From IMG/VR virus record IMGVR_UViG_3300035179_000003, positions 1-64,000 of that record: 64,000 bases of DNA; one strand, 5' to 3'. The translations under genes and the position numbers were made by a program. Each line of letters starts with the position of its first letter. Position 1 is the first letter of the stretch. The notes beneath the pieces are model-generated. The model saw only the letters and a program-made list of their open reading frames with translations. It was not told the DNA's origin and searched no databases. Source of the stretch: a virus. This document shows, piece after piece, positions 39,130-49,621 of this stretch.

Positions 39130-42063
39130 TTACAATTTTTGAACTGATAGACTGTCTATGTTAAAAAAATCAATATCACGTATTTTAAGCGTATCATTAA
39201 ATGTTCCGGCAATCTCTTCACCATTATCGTCAAATCTACGATATGATATTTCAATAGGAGTTTTTATGTTATTTACCAAATTATTATTATAAAAATATGA
39301 AATCATATTATTAATTGAAAATGTACCGTCAATATTCTGATCTACATATTTTTTAATTTCATCCGCTATTTCATTAATTGTTTTTGATCCAGTAAAATAA
39401 AAAGTAAAGCTGAGAAAACACGGAAATTTATGTTTTATTAAAACGCTTCCGTATACCGTATCTTGAAAAAATTGTTGAATAATTGAAATTTCAGGATAAA
39501 GAATATATTCAACATTAATAATCGTTGCAGTAGAATTATTTAACACTATTCTTTTCTTTTCCAGATATGATCCAACGATATTCGGATCCGGATCTATAAT
39601 GGTGTAATCTGAATCGGAAAGAACCTCGCCATTTAATGTAACCGACAATATTTTAAAAACTGGACCATCGATTTCAAAATAAGAACCGCTAGTGGCCACG
39701 GATACGACAATCGATTTATACTCTTCAATATTTTTAATGGTCGAAACGTATAAATCAGATTTTGTATTTGAATGATAAGTATCGACATTATCACTTTGTA
39801 ATTTTAAATATTCAACCCTTAAAAGGGAATAAATATCATCATTGATATTTCCATTATACCGGATACTTGCCTGAGATCTTCCTGAAGCAGCGATAAGAAA
39901 ATAAACATAATTCTCATTTACACGATAGCGGTTAAGGTTTCCCAATCTATGACTCAATAAACCGGTAACCGAAGTTTTTGATCCATCCGGATTGGTCATT
40001 CCACTCAGTTCAGACCATCCACCACGAGTAAGCTCGGAATTAACTGGAGAAGAAACAAATTGTGCTTCTTTATCCCATATAAAAGCCTGGTATCCATCAT
40101 TTAAACCATTATTTAACGATCCCCGACCATACGATCTTAAAAAGGCAATCACCGGATCTTCAAGATCTTTAACATACAAAGCAAACAACGCTATTGCGCG
40201 CGCGGGATTAATATCAAACGCTTTTAATCCGATTACTTTCCATATATCGGTCTTTTTCGGTGATTTGGTATCAAGAGATACTTTCATCATTGTTCCATAC
40301 CTGGTCGATGCCACCGCAAGGATCCCTCCGCGACTTTTATCGGAAAAAATCGATAATATTTTTCCAGGAAGTTGAAAATGAAGTTCGTTTTCCAACTCAT
40401 CAGGATCATTAAATATTTTGGCGCTGGTTTTATTTAAATATAAAGTAATTCGTAAATCATCATATAAAATAAATTCAAATTCATATTCAATTCCTGGCTG
40501 AATTCTGAAATGGCGTTCCGCGAGAGCGCCCATTCCTGTAATTGAAACATGGTCAATGATATCCTGATCCGTCGCAAATACCTGAGCAGTTCCATATTTT
40601 TCAGAATGAGCCATATATACAACGCCATTTAAAGTGGTTTCATCATAACCTTTGGTAACCATAATACCAAATCCTATACCGGTATAGCCATCAACTATAT
40701 AATTATTAACTCCACCTAACATAATCTGTAATTTACTGTCTTTATTTTCATCAGTAAACGCCGGCCAGATGAATGAGCCGGTTAATTTTATTCCAGTTCT
40801 TTTTAATATATCTTTACCGGCAACGATCGGGTTTGTACATCCTCCGGCAAGATTAATGGTATCATTTAAAAAATTTAAAACATCAGTTGACGATATTCCG
40901 CTTAAAAGATTAGCAAACCCACCATTTTTAGAACCATTCGTTCCATATTTCCAATTCTCATTTGGAACCTGTATTGCCGTAAATCCAATATTTTCATTTA
41001 AAATATTAAATAAATCCGAAGTCTTAACCTCCATATACCTTTTATAATCATTAAAATATAACCCCCGATACATATCATTATCCGACTCCTGATCCAGTGG
41101 AAAACCATAGAATGCCGCATCGCTTGCCTGTATATTTGGACTATCTGGATTAAATACGGTTGTAGATGGATCAATGGTTAAAGGTATCGGATACACAGAA
41201 TAAGATGAATGTGGACCCCAATAGGTGTCTGATTGAAAACTACCAGGATTTGGCGGGAAAATTCCCCAATAAGCTATGTGCTTTACAATTCCATCACCAG
41301 TAAGTTTTCCCAAATAATCGGCTTTTCTAATCTGTTTTGACAAATCGGTTGCCGTTACCAAATCACGTACCATATATTGGTCGCCTGCACCAGCGGCATA
41401 TATAGAATCAATATTCGTAAATACTGATTTTAAAATATTAAACAGACTCCGTTTATTTACTAAACTTCTATCATTAAGGGAATATCTAAGCCTAGAATAA
41501 TATTGATCGTTATTTTCATGAATGGATCCACCGACTGTATCTTCCGGATTGGTTGCAAATTTATAAACAAAATCAATATTTGTTAATTGAGAAATGGTAT
41601 TTTTCTCTGCGACATATTCATTCCCAGGACTGACGGCAATAATATAAATATCGATACAATACAATGCCGATGAATCATCGGAATTTTTAAATGAATTTTT
41701 ACTTATAAATGACGGTATTGACGCTTTATATTGTAATCCACCGTTTGACACTGCCCGAAAATTTTCCGTTATTGTTAAATTTTTTTTCTCATCAAAATAA
41801 ACACGAACATATGTCGAGACTAAAGAACCGGCTATTCTTTCATTAAAAAATTTATTACCAAAAAAATCAAGCTCTTCTTCGCTCATGTTTTTATATTCAT
41901 CGATATTATTAATTTTTCGTTGTTCCACTAAGGAATTATAAAAATCCCTCATTAAAAGAGCGGAAGGTTTAACCGCAAGATCGTCAAGTACCGTTCCTTT
42001 TCTTCCGCTTGATTTTGAATATTCCGCCCATTTTTTGCGTATAAAAGCGTAAAAATCAAACAT
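39130..42063 (-). CDS. Baseplate J/gp47-like wedge protein with large insertion
   Basis: GTVL.DL.VKP, L......FF.ER..G, A..PG.EY, TNP....GG...E.N..Y..R pattern of baseplate J proteins. Confidence 0.75.
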   Translation of the reverse strand: MFDFYAFIRKKWAEYSKSSGRKGTVLDDLAVKPSALLMRDFYNSLVEQRKINNIDEYKNMSEEELDFFGNKFFNERIAGSLVSTYVRVYFDEKKNLTITENFRAVSNGGLQYKASIPSFISKNSFKNSDDSSALYCIDIYIIAVSPGNEYVAEKNTISQLTNIDFVYKFATNPEDTVGGSIHENNDQYYSRLRYSLNDRSLVNKRSLFNILKSVFTNIDSIYAAGAGDQYMVRDLVTATDLSKQIRKADYLGKLTGDGIVKHIAYWGIFPPNPGSFQSDTYWGPHSSYSVYPIPLTIDPSTTVFNPDSPNIQASDAAFYGFPLDQESDNDMYRGLYFNDYKRYMEVKTSDLFNILNENIGFTAIQVPNENWKYGTNGSKNGGFANLLSGISSTDVLNFLNDTINLAGGCTNPIVAGKDILKRTGIKLTGSFIWPAFTDENKDSKLQIMLGGVNNYIVDGYTGIGFGIMVTKGYDETTLNGVVYMAHSEKYGTAQVFATDQDIIDHVSITGMGALAERHFRIQPGIEYEFEFILYDDLRITLYLNKTSAKIFNDPDELENELHFQLPGKILSIFSDKSRGGILAVASTRYGTMMKVSLDTKSPKKTDIWKVIGLKAFDINPARAIALFALYVKDLEDPVIAFLRSYGRGSLNNGLNDGYQAFIWDKEAQFVSSPVNSELTRGGWSELSGMTNPDGSKTSVTGLLSHRLGNLNRYRVNENYVYFLIAASGRSQASIRYNGNINDDIYSLLRVEYLKLQSDNVDTYHSNTKSDLYVSTIKNIEEYKSIVVSVATSGSYFEIDGPVFKILSVTLNGEVLSDSDYTIIDPDPNIVGSYLEKKRIVLNNSTATIINVEYILYPEISIIQQFFQDTVYGSVLIKHKFPCFLSFTFYFTGSKTINEIADEIKKYVDQNIDGTFSINNMISYFYNNNLVNNIKTPIEISYRRFDDNGEEIAGTFNDTLKIRDIDFFNIDSLSVQKL

Positions 42064-42068
42064 GATTT

Positions 42069-42515
42069 TTATCCTTTTTTAATAATAGGAAGACGCCATA
42101 TTAAATCCGTATAAGCCTCGACTTCTATCGGATAAATCCGTATAGTGGCATAAACGGTATAATTAATAATATCAACACTGACAAGTTCAGCTTTTTCAAT
42201 TTTTTCCGTTTTGGGAGTAAATTCGGTCTCATCGCTCTGCATACTTTTAACGGTTTCATTGATGGTAATAATCAGAGCCGCGGAAAGACTTTGGGAGTCT
42301 AAAAATACATTTTGTTTATTAATAATCTTTTCCGCATCGCCGCCGTATGAATCGATAATGACTTCTTTATTATAAACAAATTGACGTTTCTTTGTTAAAA
42401 AAGTGATTTCAAATATATTCAAAAGAAGCCTATTTCCATAAACTTCTTGGGGGTTATCGCCAATGGTAACCGAGAAATCTTGTGTTAAATCAGTAATAAG
42501 ATCAATATCGCTCAT
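42069..42515 (-). CDS. Putative gp25-like baseplate/sheath initiator
   Basis: V.G...L......FLT...YGG...I...Q...P.EKI pattern; size and position upstream of baseplate J. Confidence 0.55.
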   Translation of the reverse strand: MSDIDLITDLTQDFSVTIGDNPQEVYGNRLLLNIFEITFLTKKRQFVYNKEVIIDSYGGDAEKIINKQNVFLDSQSLSAALIITINETVKSMQSDETEFTPKTEKIEKAELVSVDIINYTVYATIRIYPIEVEAYTDLIWRLPIIKKG

Positions 42516-42576
42516 AGTATAAATATAATATTAATTCACATTAATTATATTATTTTATAGAAGAATGTGATTATTT

Positions 42577-43719
42577 ATGATACAAAAGAAATCCTACAAA
42601 TTCCGCATTTATCCCAATAATGCCCAAAAAGTCTTACTATCTAAAACTTTCGGATGTGTTCGATATATCTGGAATCAATTTGTAGAATCATTCAATAAAA
42701 AAGAAAATCCTAAATCTACTACTATTTTTAGAAAAGAAATAGAATGGTTAAAAGAAGTATCTTCTGCGGCTATTCAACAAAAAGAAATTGATTTTAAAGA
42801 ATTTAAAAATCAGTTTTTCTCTAAAAAGAGAAAGAAAAAAATAGGAAAGCCTTCTTTTAAAAAGAAATTTGAAAAACAATCTTATCGATTACCTAATCAG
42901 AAATTTATCTTAAAAAATAATAAGATCAGACTTGAAAAGATAGGATGGATAAAAATCATTCTTGATCGAGAAATTCCTTCTTGTAAATTTTTATCAGTTA
43001 CTATTTCAAAAGATAAAGTTGGAGATTATTATGCCTCAATCTTAGTTGAAGAGAATGTCCAAGAACTACCTAAAACAAATAAAATAGTAGGAATAGATTT
43101 AGGAATACAAGATCTTATTACTACTTCAGATGGATTACAGATAAAAATGTTTGATGAAAGTGAGAACCAAGCTAAAATTAAGCATTTATCCGGACATCTA
43201 TCAAGGAAGAAAATAGGATCTTTGAGATTTAATAAGACAAAGATTAAGATAGCTAAAATCTATCGTAAAATAGCAAGAAAGAGAGAATGGTTACATCATA
43301 ATATTTCTTCTTATCTTGTAAAAAATTATGATAAGATTATAATAGAAGATCTTAATATTTCCGGAATGATGAAAAACCATAATTTAGCAGGATCTATTCA
43401 AAAACAGGGATGGTTTACTTTAGGAAAACAGATTGATTATAAGTCAAGATGGTATGGTAGAAAATTAACTAAGATAAATCGATTTTATCCTTCTTCTAAA
43501 TTGTGTTCATTATGTGGTAGAATAAAAAAAGATCTAAAATTGTCAGAAAGATTTTATATTTGTAAATGTGGAAACAATATTAATAGAGACTTAAATGCAT
43601 CTCTAAATATTCTATCTTCAGGAGTTACTGAAGATTATCGATCATTGATGGAAAGTAAGACTTTTAATAATCAGGAGACATTAAAAGCAATTCCAGATGA
43701 AATGATTAACTTTTTATAA
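42577..43719 (+). CDS. tnpB: IS200/IS605-family RNA-guided endonuclease TnpB
   Basis: YKFRIYP..FGC.R..WN HTH, RuvC GIDLG / IEDL / RDLNA, Zn finger CSLC...CKC; antisense insertion in the structural block; no tnpA nearby. Confidence 0.93.
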   Translation: MIQKKSYKFRIYPNNAQKVLLSKTFGCVRYIWNQFVESFNKKENPKSTTIFRKEIEWLKEVSSAAIQQKEIDFKEFKNQFFSKKRKKKIGKPSFKKKFEKQSYRLPNQKFILKNNKIRLEKIGWIKIILDREIPSCKFLSVTISKDKVGDYYASILVEENVQELPKTNKIVGIDLGIQDLITTSDGLQIKMFDESENQAKIKHLSGHLSRKKIGSLRFNKTKIKIAKIYRKIARKREWLHHNISSYLVKNYDKIIIEDLNISGMMKNHNLAGSIQKQGWFTLGKQIDYKSRWYGRKLTKINRFYPSSKLCSLCGRIKKDLKLSERFYICKCGNNINRDLNASLNILSSGVTEDYRSLMESKTFNNQETLKAIPDEMINFL

Positions 43720-43744
43720 ATTTTTGTAGAAAGTGTAACTATAA

Positions 43745-45712
43745 CTAATCCGGTGGAGTAATAAAACTTTTTTCATCAATCAAATTTTGAACACTGAAAT
43801 TCTGAGCATATTTTCTAGCGCCCATTCTATCAAATAGTTTTTCTTCCGTATCCTGAATGTATTCATTATTATATTGAGGAATGGAAACATCTTCCATAGA
43901 CATGACAAATGTTTCGGCCACAGCCGGATCGCCATAAAGATCTTTATAATATTTACTACAATTTTTTAAAGTGGGTATTGATTCGTTGAATTTTCCGGCC
44001 CTAGTATTGGATATGATATTTTCAATTATATTTGCAACACTAAGGCCCTTTGCAAAAATATCTAATAAACCGGCGCTTGATAACATTCTTGTTAAATCAC
44101 CGGCTTCTGATGTTTTATACGGCTGGTACGACTCGAGAACGTTTTTAACATAATTGTTATGATTAAAAAGTTGCCTGAATCGTGATTCCATCGTAGTAAT
44201 TATGTTATATGCATTTTCTTTATCGGACATTACGGTCGTAATTAAAGTAAAAGCATCCGCTATTAATTGGATATAAGGAGGCGTAGCCGAATATAATACA
44301 TCAACAGTCCATACCCCAATCTTGGTATCCCAATCCGGTATATTATACAATTTATGAATAAATTCATCAAATTCCTGATTTGAGCTTTGTAAAACATCAT
44401 CCGCATTTATCATATCGATAAGGCTTTGAGTAATGGTAGCGTGGAGCGTTTCATCGGCGATCCCGATGGTAGTATGACCAAGAATTATTTTTGACGCCAT
44501 TTCAAAATTAGAATCTTTCACGGTAATTTTAGAAAACATATCCCTGGTAACTTCCAACAAGGTACTTGCCGAATCAAGCGGGCCGATTAATGTCGCACCA
44601 GCGGCATTTCCAGATCCTTTTAATATAGAAACTATCTCATTAATCAAATTTTTTATTAAATTCCTGATGTTATATATTGTGTTACATAAATTATGATATT
44701 CAATATATTGTTCGTAAGCATTTTTCATATTTTCATATACATTACTGATTTCATCTCCCAGCAGCTTAATATCGAAGGAAAATTCCGATGCTATTCCACC
44801 AACCGCTTTTGCATAAGAACTTAAATTAACCGATGCGCTAGCGTTTGTTTCCAGTTCGGCTACATTCAATTTTTCTTTCCATTCGGTCTGTAAACCAGTG
44901 TTATAAGCATCATATTTATTTTTAATTATTTCTGTTTGAGTAATGCTTAATTTATCTGAAAATTGATTATTATACCAATGTTTAAGATCGGATGTTTTTG
45001 CTATATATATTTTATCAATCGCGGCTTTTTTCTCTTGAAAGACAAGATAACGTTCTTCTTCAACACGTTTAGTAACTTCTCCGATATCATCAATCAACGA
45101 ATAGGGTTTTGTTATTTCATAAGCCTGCTGAATATTAAAATGAATTTTTTTATATGTCGATTCATTAAAAAAAGCATTATCGGCTCCAAGATCCCTTATC
45201 ATATCGGCCAATAGATTGATCGCATTATTAAGATATGGAATAGCGTCTTTTATCTGTTTATAATATTCAGCATTTGATATTCTAAGAGCCCATTTCCCCA
45301 ATATACCCATGACAATAGAAATACTTTTTTGAGCGCGGAATAAATAATAACGTTCATCATTGATAGCTTTTAAAGCGGCTTCATGTGGAATAGCAACCAG
45401 GGAAAATATTGCAGTTGGAAACGATAATAATATTTTTAAAATCTGAGAAAGAATGGCTTCTACAAATGTTGACGCTATTCTTGATATTGGTCCAATCAAT
45501 GATTCGGCGACCGACGCCGCAAGGGATCCTATAGCCGATACGGCTTCAGCGCCTATAATATCGAGAAGGCTTATAAAACCAAATTTTTTTTTAGCCCTTT
45601 CACCGGCATAGGTATTAACCCGTAATCTATTCTCTTCAATTTTTTTAAGAATGGTATAAATTTTATTATGAAGAGTTAAAAGAATTTCACATGCTTGTCT
45701 CGGAGGAGCCAT
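43745..45712 (-). CDS. Hypothetical helical protein in the baseplate/tail block
   Basis: 655 aa; hydrophobic N-terminal helices, coiled-coil middle; AAAGGA RBS. Confidence 0.7.
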   Translation of the reverse strand: MAPPRQACEILLTLHNKIYTILKKIEENRLRVNTYAGERAKKKFGFISLLDIIGAEAVSAIGSLAASVAESLIGPISRIASTFVEAILSQILKILLSFPTAIFSLVAIPHEAALKAINDERYYLFRAQKSISIVMGILGKWALRISNAEYYKQIKDAIPYLNNAINLLADMIRDLGADNAFFNESTYKKIHFNIQQAYEITKPYSLIDDIGEVTKRVEEERYLVFQEKKAAIDKIYIAKTSDLKHWYNNQFSDKLSITQTEIIKNKYDAYNTGLQTEWKEKLNVAELETNASASVNLSSYAKAVGGIASEFSFDIKLLGDEISNVYENMKNAYEQYIEYHNLCNTIYNIRNLIKNLINEIVSILKGSGNAAGATLIGPLDSASTLLEVTRDMFSKITVKDSNFEMASKIILGHTTIGIADETLHATITQSLIDMINADDVLQSSNQEFDEFIHKLYNIPDWDTKIGVWTVDVLYSATPPYIQLIADAFTLITTVMSDKENAYNIITTMESRFRQLFNHNNYVKNVLESYQPYKTSEAGDLTRMLSSAGLLDIFAKGLSVANIIENIISNTRAGKFNESIPTLKNCSKYYKDLYGDPAVAETFVMSMEDVSIPQYNNEYIQDTEEKLFDRMGARKYAQNFSVQNLIDEKSFITPPD

Positions 45713-45798
45713 TATTGTTCCTTTCTATTATATAAATATAGTTAAAAAATCATAAAATCTGGTATAATAATAATGAACAAACTCAATAGGAGGATATA

Positions 45799-46152
45799 AT
45801 GAAAATTTTAAATAAAGAAAATTTCGACTGGGCAATAGAAACGGCCATTCGAAATAATAAATTAGAAGATATCGGATTCTATACCTTATCTGATTCTCGT
45901 GCATTGCAGTCAAGCGAACACTCTCCGCTGTGGCGTTGCGAGTTGATCTTGACAGATCGATGCAATTTCAAGTGTCCGTATTGTCGTGGACTACGGAATG
46001 ATATTTTGGGGGAAATGCCTTACGAAAACGCGTTGTCAATAGTTAATCAGTGGATTAATGAAGGGTTGCAAAATGTTCGATTTTCTGGTGGGGAACCAAC
46101 TTTTATGGAAGGAAAATGTCATGATAAAATGGAAAAATCTTCAAAAGGGTGA
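45799..46152 (+). pseudogene. Truncated radical SAM protein
   Basis: CNFKCPYC and FSGGEPT present, then the ORF ends at 117 aa inside the next gene; strong AGGAGG RBS. Confidence 0.7.
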
Positions 46153-46507
46153 TATGAAAATTATTCATGAAATAGCAATTCGTGCCAATGGATTAACGAA
46201 AGTGTCAATAAAAGAATATGACATGGACATCGCGGCATGTCATATATCCGGCAATCCATTAAATTTGGAGGGATTGCTTTTGGCGGATGATTATAATTTT
46301 TTCCATGATGTTTGGGGAATTCATGAAAATATAGACAAGGAAACAGGGGTGTTAAAAAATTTGTTTTATCCAAGATATTCAAACAACGCATGTCCCAAAA
46401 AACGTGCATTTGGATATTGCTTCAATCTATTTGATGACTGCCCCAATTGTCCGGAACCGTATTTTTCCGCTTGTCGGAATGTTAAAGAGCAGGAAAATGT
46501 GGTATAA
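46121..46507 (+). CDS. Conserved phage hypothetical (DUF6874-like) with Cys-rich tail
   Basis: MDI.ACH...PL.L..LL.ADD.NF.HDV.GI...ID..TG.L...F.PR; start moved to ATG 46121. Confidence 0.65.
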   Translation: MIKWKNLQKGDMKIIHEIAIRANGLTKVSIKEYDMDIAACHISGNPLNLEGLLLADDYNFFHDVWGIHENIDKETGVLKNLFYPRYSNNACPKKRAFGYCFNLFDDCPNCPEPYFSACRNVKEQENVV

Positions 46508-46809
46508 CAAATATGTAATAATTAATCTTTCTAAGGTTGCCATGCCACACATAAACAACGGCCTGGACGCAGGATTAGGGCAGTGTGTGGCACAAGCAAC
46601 CGCATTAGCAGTAGAAATTCAAAAATATATACTTAAGCACAGTTGGTCGAAATTTTCCCTGGCTATTATTGGAAACCAGAACACAGGAAAACATCGACGA
46701 GCGTTGGAGGCATTGTCCGGAACAAGGGGAACCAGCCTTATCAACTACGTGTATTGAGAATTTCTACTGTATTTTTATAATTAATAAAATAAGGAAAAAA
46801 AGGAGTTTT

Positions 46810-47973
46810 ATGATAACAAAATTAACAAAAAAGCAAGAATTAAAAATCCCTGAATATTTCGAGAAGTGGAATAAAATAGCATTTGACAATAAAGCTATTG
46901 ATAGGAAAAAAGCAAAAATGTTATTGAAAAAATATTTAGGTTTTGCTGATATAAAACCAGAAATATTTTTGTTTTTGGATTCTCCAATGACATGTGAATT
47001 AGCGATTAATATATTGAAAAATATAGGAGATTCGCAGTTGGATTTGCAGTTGGATTCGCAGTTGGATTCGCAGTTGTGTTCGCAGTTGTATTCGCAGTTG
47101 TATTCGCAGTTGGATTCGCAGTTGTGTTCGCAGTTGTATTCGCAGTTGGATTCGCAGTTGTATTCGCAGTTGCATTTGCAATTGTGTTCACAGTTGCATT
47201 CGCAGTTGCATTTGCAGTTGGATTTGAAAAAAAAAAAATATTATAGCTTGGAATGGTTTTATCAAAGTGGGAATATTTGTTCTGGGTATTGTTGTTTTTA
47301 TGATTATTTAGGTTCTGAGTTAATATCTTTAGACAAAAAAACTAATGTTGTATTTGATATTTTTAAAAATATAACAAAAGAGTTACATTTTTTCTTTGTT
47401 TTCGAAAAAATTGTGTTTATTTCAGAAAAGCCTAAGTATATAAAATATAATAGTAATAATCAATTACATTGTGAGAGCGGTCCATCTGTAGAGTATGGTG
47501 ATGGGTATAGTATGTACAATTTAAATGGTGTTTTAGTAAATAGAAATATAGTAGAAACATCATTTGATAGATTGGATGCAAGACTTTTATTGTCAGAGAG
47601 AAATGCAGAAGTCCGCAGGGAAATTGTAAGAAAAATAGGCATAGAGCGTATATGTAAAGATTTGGGAGCACAGGTAATTGAAAAGGGAACAGATCAAATT
47701 GGTCAGCCATGTGAATTATTAAAGTTGGATATAGGAGATGGGAATAAGAGGCCATATTTGAAAATGATAAATCCGTCTATTGGAACATATCATATAGAAG
47801 GAGTTCCGCCCGGTTGTGATACAATTGAGAAAGCATTTAATAGTAGAAAGCCGAAAGTAATAAGAGATATACCTATTAATGATAAAGGTAAAAATTGGTA
47901 TCAACAAGGTGATGTTTATATATGGCCGAAAAATGTAAAAAGTTTAAAAAAAAATCCTAAAATATTAACATAA
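46810..47973 (+). CDS. DUF6745-like protein with xSQL tetrapeptide repeats
   Basis: MI.KLT..Q...I.....W, DSP, repeats, then S.KP......LH...GP...Y.DG and NAE.RR; AAGGAG RBS before ATG 46810. Confidence 0.8.
   Translation: MITKLTKKQELKIPEYFEKWNKIAFDNKAIDRKKAKMLLKKYLGFADIKPEIFLFLDSPMTCELAINILKNIGDSQLDLQLDSQLDSQLCSQLYSQLYSQLDSQLCSQLYSQLDSQLYSQLHLQLCSQLHSQLHLQLDLKKKKYYSLEWFYQSGNICSGYCCFYDYLGSELISLDKKTNVVFDIFKNITKELHFFFVFEKIVFISEKPKYIKYNSNNQLHCESGPSVEYGDGYSMYNLNGVLVNRNIVETSFDRLDARLLLSERNAEVRREIVRKIGIERICKDLGAQVIEKGTDQIGQPCELLKLDIGDGNKRPYLKMINPSIGTYHIEGVPPGCDTIEKAFNSRKPKVIRDIPINDKGKNWYQQGDVYIWPKNVKSLKKNPKILT
47029..47220 (+). repeat. 12-bp tandem repeat x16 (consensus NRTTCGCAGTTG)
   Basis: Encodes [D/Y/C/H][S/L]QL sixteen times. 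Confidence 0.95.
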
Positions 47974-47983
47974 AGGAGTTGTT

Positions 47984-48226
47984 ATGAAAAAGAAATTAGA
48001 TCGTCCGGTATTGGCAGAGGGAGAAATGACGGGACATGCCCATATGTTGGATGGTGAAGTTGATGTTTATGATATCGATATGATAAGGGAGTTTACTTTG
48101 AAAGATGAAACAAGGTTGGTTCATGAGGAGCATGAAACAATAGAGATCCCTCCCGGTGAATACCAGTCGGATACCGCTGTTGAATACGATCATTTTGCCG
48201 AAGAGGCAAAAAAGGTTCGAGATTAA
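47984..48226 (+). CDS. Small His-motif partner of the DUF6745-like protein
   Basis: VLAEGEMTGHAH...LVHEEH..I..PPG.Y....EYD; AAGGAG RBS. Confidence 0.8.
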   Translation: MKKKLDRPVLAEGEMTGHAHMLDGEVDVYDIDMIREFTLKDETRLVHEEHETIEIPPGEYQSDTAVEYDHFAEEAKKVRD

Positions 48227-48228
48227 AA

Positions 48229-49227
48229 TTGAGAAAAACTCATTATGAAGCAGCAAGGGAATATCTTAAAGATATCGGTTATGATATTCCCGAGCTTACA
48301 CGAAAGACAAGGATATCATATCCTGAAAAAATTACTTTTGCCGAATTTCAAATCTTAATACTAGCAGAAATATCTTCATTAAAATTATTAAGCGATATTC
48401 AATTTGCCTATTATAGCAATCTTTTTTTTCATTTGTGTCAATTAAAAAGAAATGAAGAAAAGATTTTTTATATAACAAAAGACCTATCAGTTAAACTGGC
48501 TGATACTAATTTGAATATTTCATCAAGATTTCTGAAATCGCCATTTTCTGAAATCTATGTTCAAATTGAACGCGGATTATTTGAAATCATTGATGCGGAT
48601 GATTTAACAAAGGTCGCTGTAGATGGATTTTATGTATTTTTTAACAACCAGGAAATTCGTATAATGGTTGTTGGAATACTTGAATCAACGGAACTGATTC
48701 CATTTAATGATAGCGTATTTTACTTTCGGTTTGATTTACCGGAAGGAAAATTACATGATATAGTGGAAAGGCAAATGGAAATGGCATCGCCTCAAGAATT
48801 AAAAGCGACAAAGGGCGATATTAATCAACATAAATTAAAAGAATTAACTTTTTTTATTTTTAATGTCTTATTATATATAACCAGTAAAGACCCCGATATT
48901 ATTAATATGCTACCCGAAAAAGTGGATATTAGTAATAAAAAATCTAAAAAGAAAATAAAAAAAGCTATTCAAAAAAACAATAAAACGTCTTCATTGCCTT
49001 ATATTCTTGTAGGCAAAAAAATAAAATCGGAAGAAGTAAACGCCGTTGCCAATGCCGGTGGTATCGTTCATTGGAAATTAGAAAAACGTATTTATGTCGA
49101 AGGTTATTGGAGAATACAATGGTATGGAAGTAAAGATGATAAATACGCCAAACACATTTTTATTGAACCATATTATAAAGGGCCGGAATTAGCGGAATTA
49201 ATCAACAAAAAATATAAAGTCATTTAA
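48229..49227 (+). CDS. Hypothetical phage protein
   Basis: C-terminal V.G.WR.QWYG...K.IFI.PY.KG motif typical of a phage family. Confidence 0.7.
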   Translation: MRKTHYEAAREYLKDIGYDIPELTRKTRISYPEKITFAEFQILILAEISSLKLLSDIQFAYYSNLFFHLCQLKRNEEKIFYITKDLSVKLADTNLNISSRFLKSPFSEIYVQIERGLFEIIDADDLTKVAVDGFYVFFNNQEIRIMVVGILESTELIPFNDSVFYFRFDLPEGKLHDIVERQMEMASPQELKATKGDINQHKLKELTFFIFNVLLYITSKDPDIINMLPEKVDISNKKSKKKIKKAIQKNNKTSSLPYILVGKKIKSEEVNAVANAGGIVHWKLEKRIYVEGYWRIQWYGSKDDKYAKHIFIEPYYKGPELAELINKKYKVI

Positions 49228-49239
49228 AAAGGAGTTTCT

Positions 49240-49614
49240 ATGGAAAGGAAAAATCTCATCAATCTATTAAAAGGTAATACAAAAATTACCATTTCAGAAT
49301 TTCGAAAAAAACATCCAGGCATTAAAATGTCTGATTTTCAATTTTATGATTGTAGGCGTTTGGCTATGAATAAGCCTTACAAAAGAGACGGAACGACTAT
49401 TGTAAAAACGTATCGTCGTTCATCAATGATATTTAAACTTCTTCCCGTTGAAGAAGTGGAGTATGATGCAAAGAGTATTCAATTAGTTCAAAAACTAATC
49501 GATGTAATCAATACAACCGCTGAAATCAATCAACGCTTAAGTCTTGTTGAGATTGTAAATCATAACGGTGATATAAATAAACTTGAATTTAGAATGAGCC
49601 CAAAGAGAGGTTAA
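49240..49614 (+). CDS. Hypothetical protein
   Basis: AAGGAG RBS. Confidence 0.7.
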   Translation: MERKNLINLLKGNTKITISEFRKKHPGIKMSDFQFYDCRRLAMNKPYKRDGTTIVKTYRRSSMIFKLLPVEEVEYDAKSIQLVQKLIDVINTTAEINQRLSLVEIVNHNGDINKLEFRMSPKRG

Positions 49615-49621
49615 AAAATTT

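Noticed and set aside
46404-46757. Track ORF between the DUF6874-like and DUF6745-like genes
   Set aside because: Overlaps the upstream gene by about 100 bp, has no convincing motif, and a shorter start near 46497 could not be supported
46999-47191. Minus-strand repeat ORFs (MQMQLRIQL..., MNTIANATANT...)
   Set aside because: Shadow frames of the 12-bp repeat within the plus-strand DUF6745-like gene
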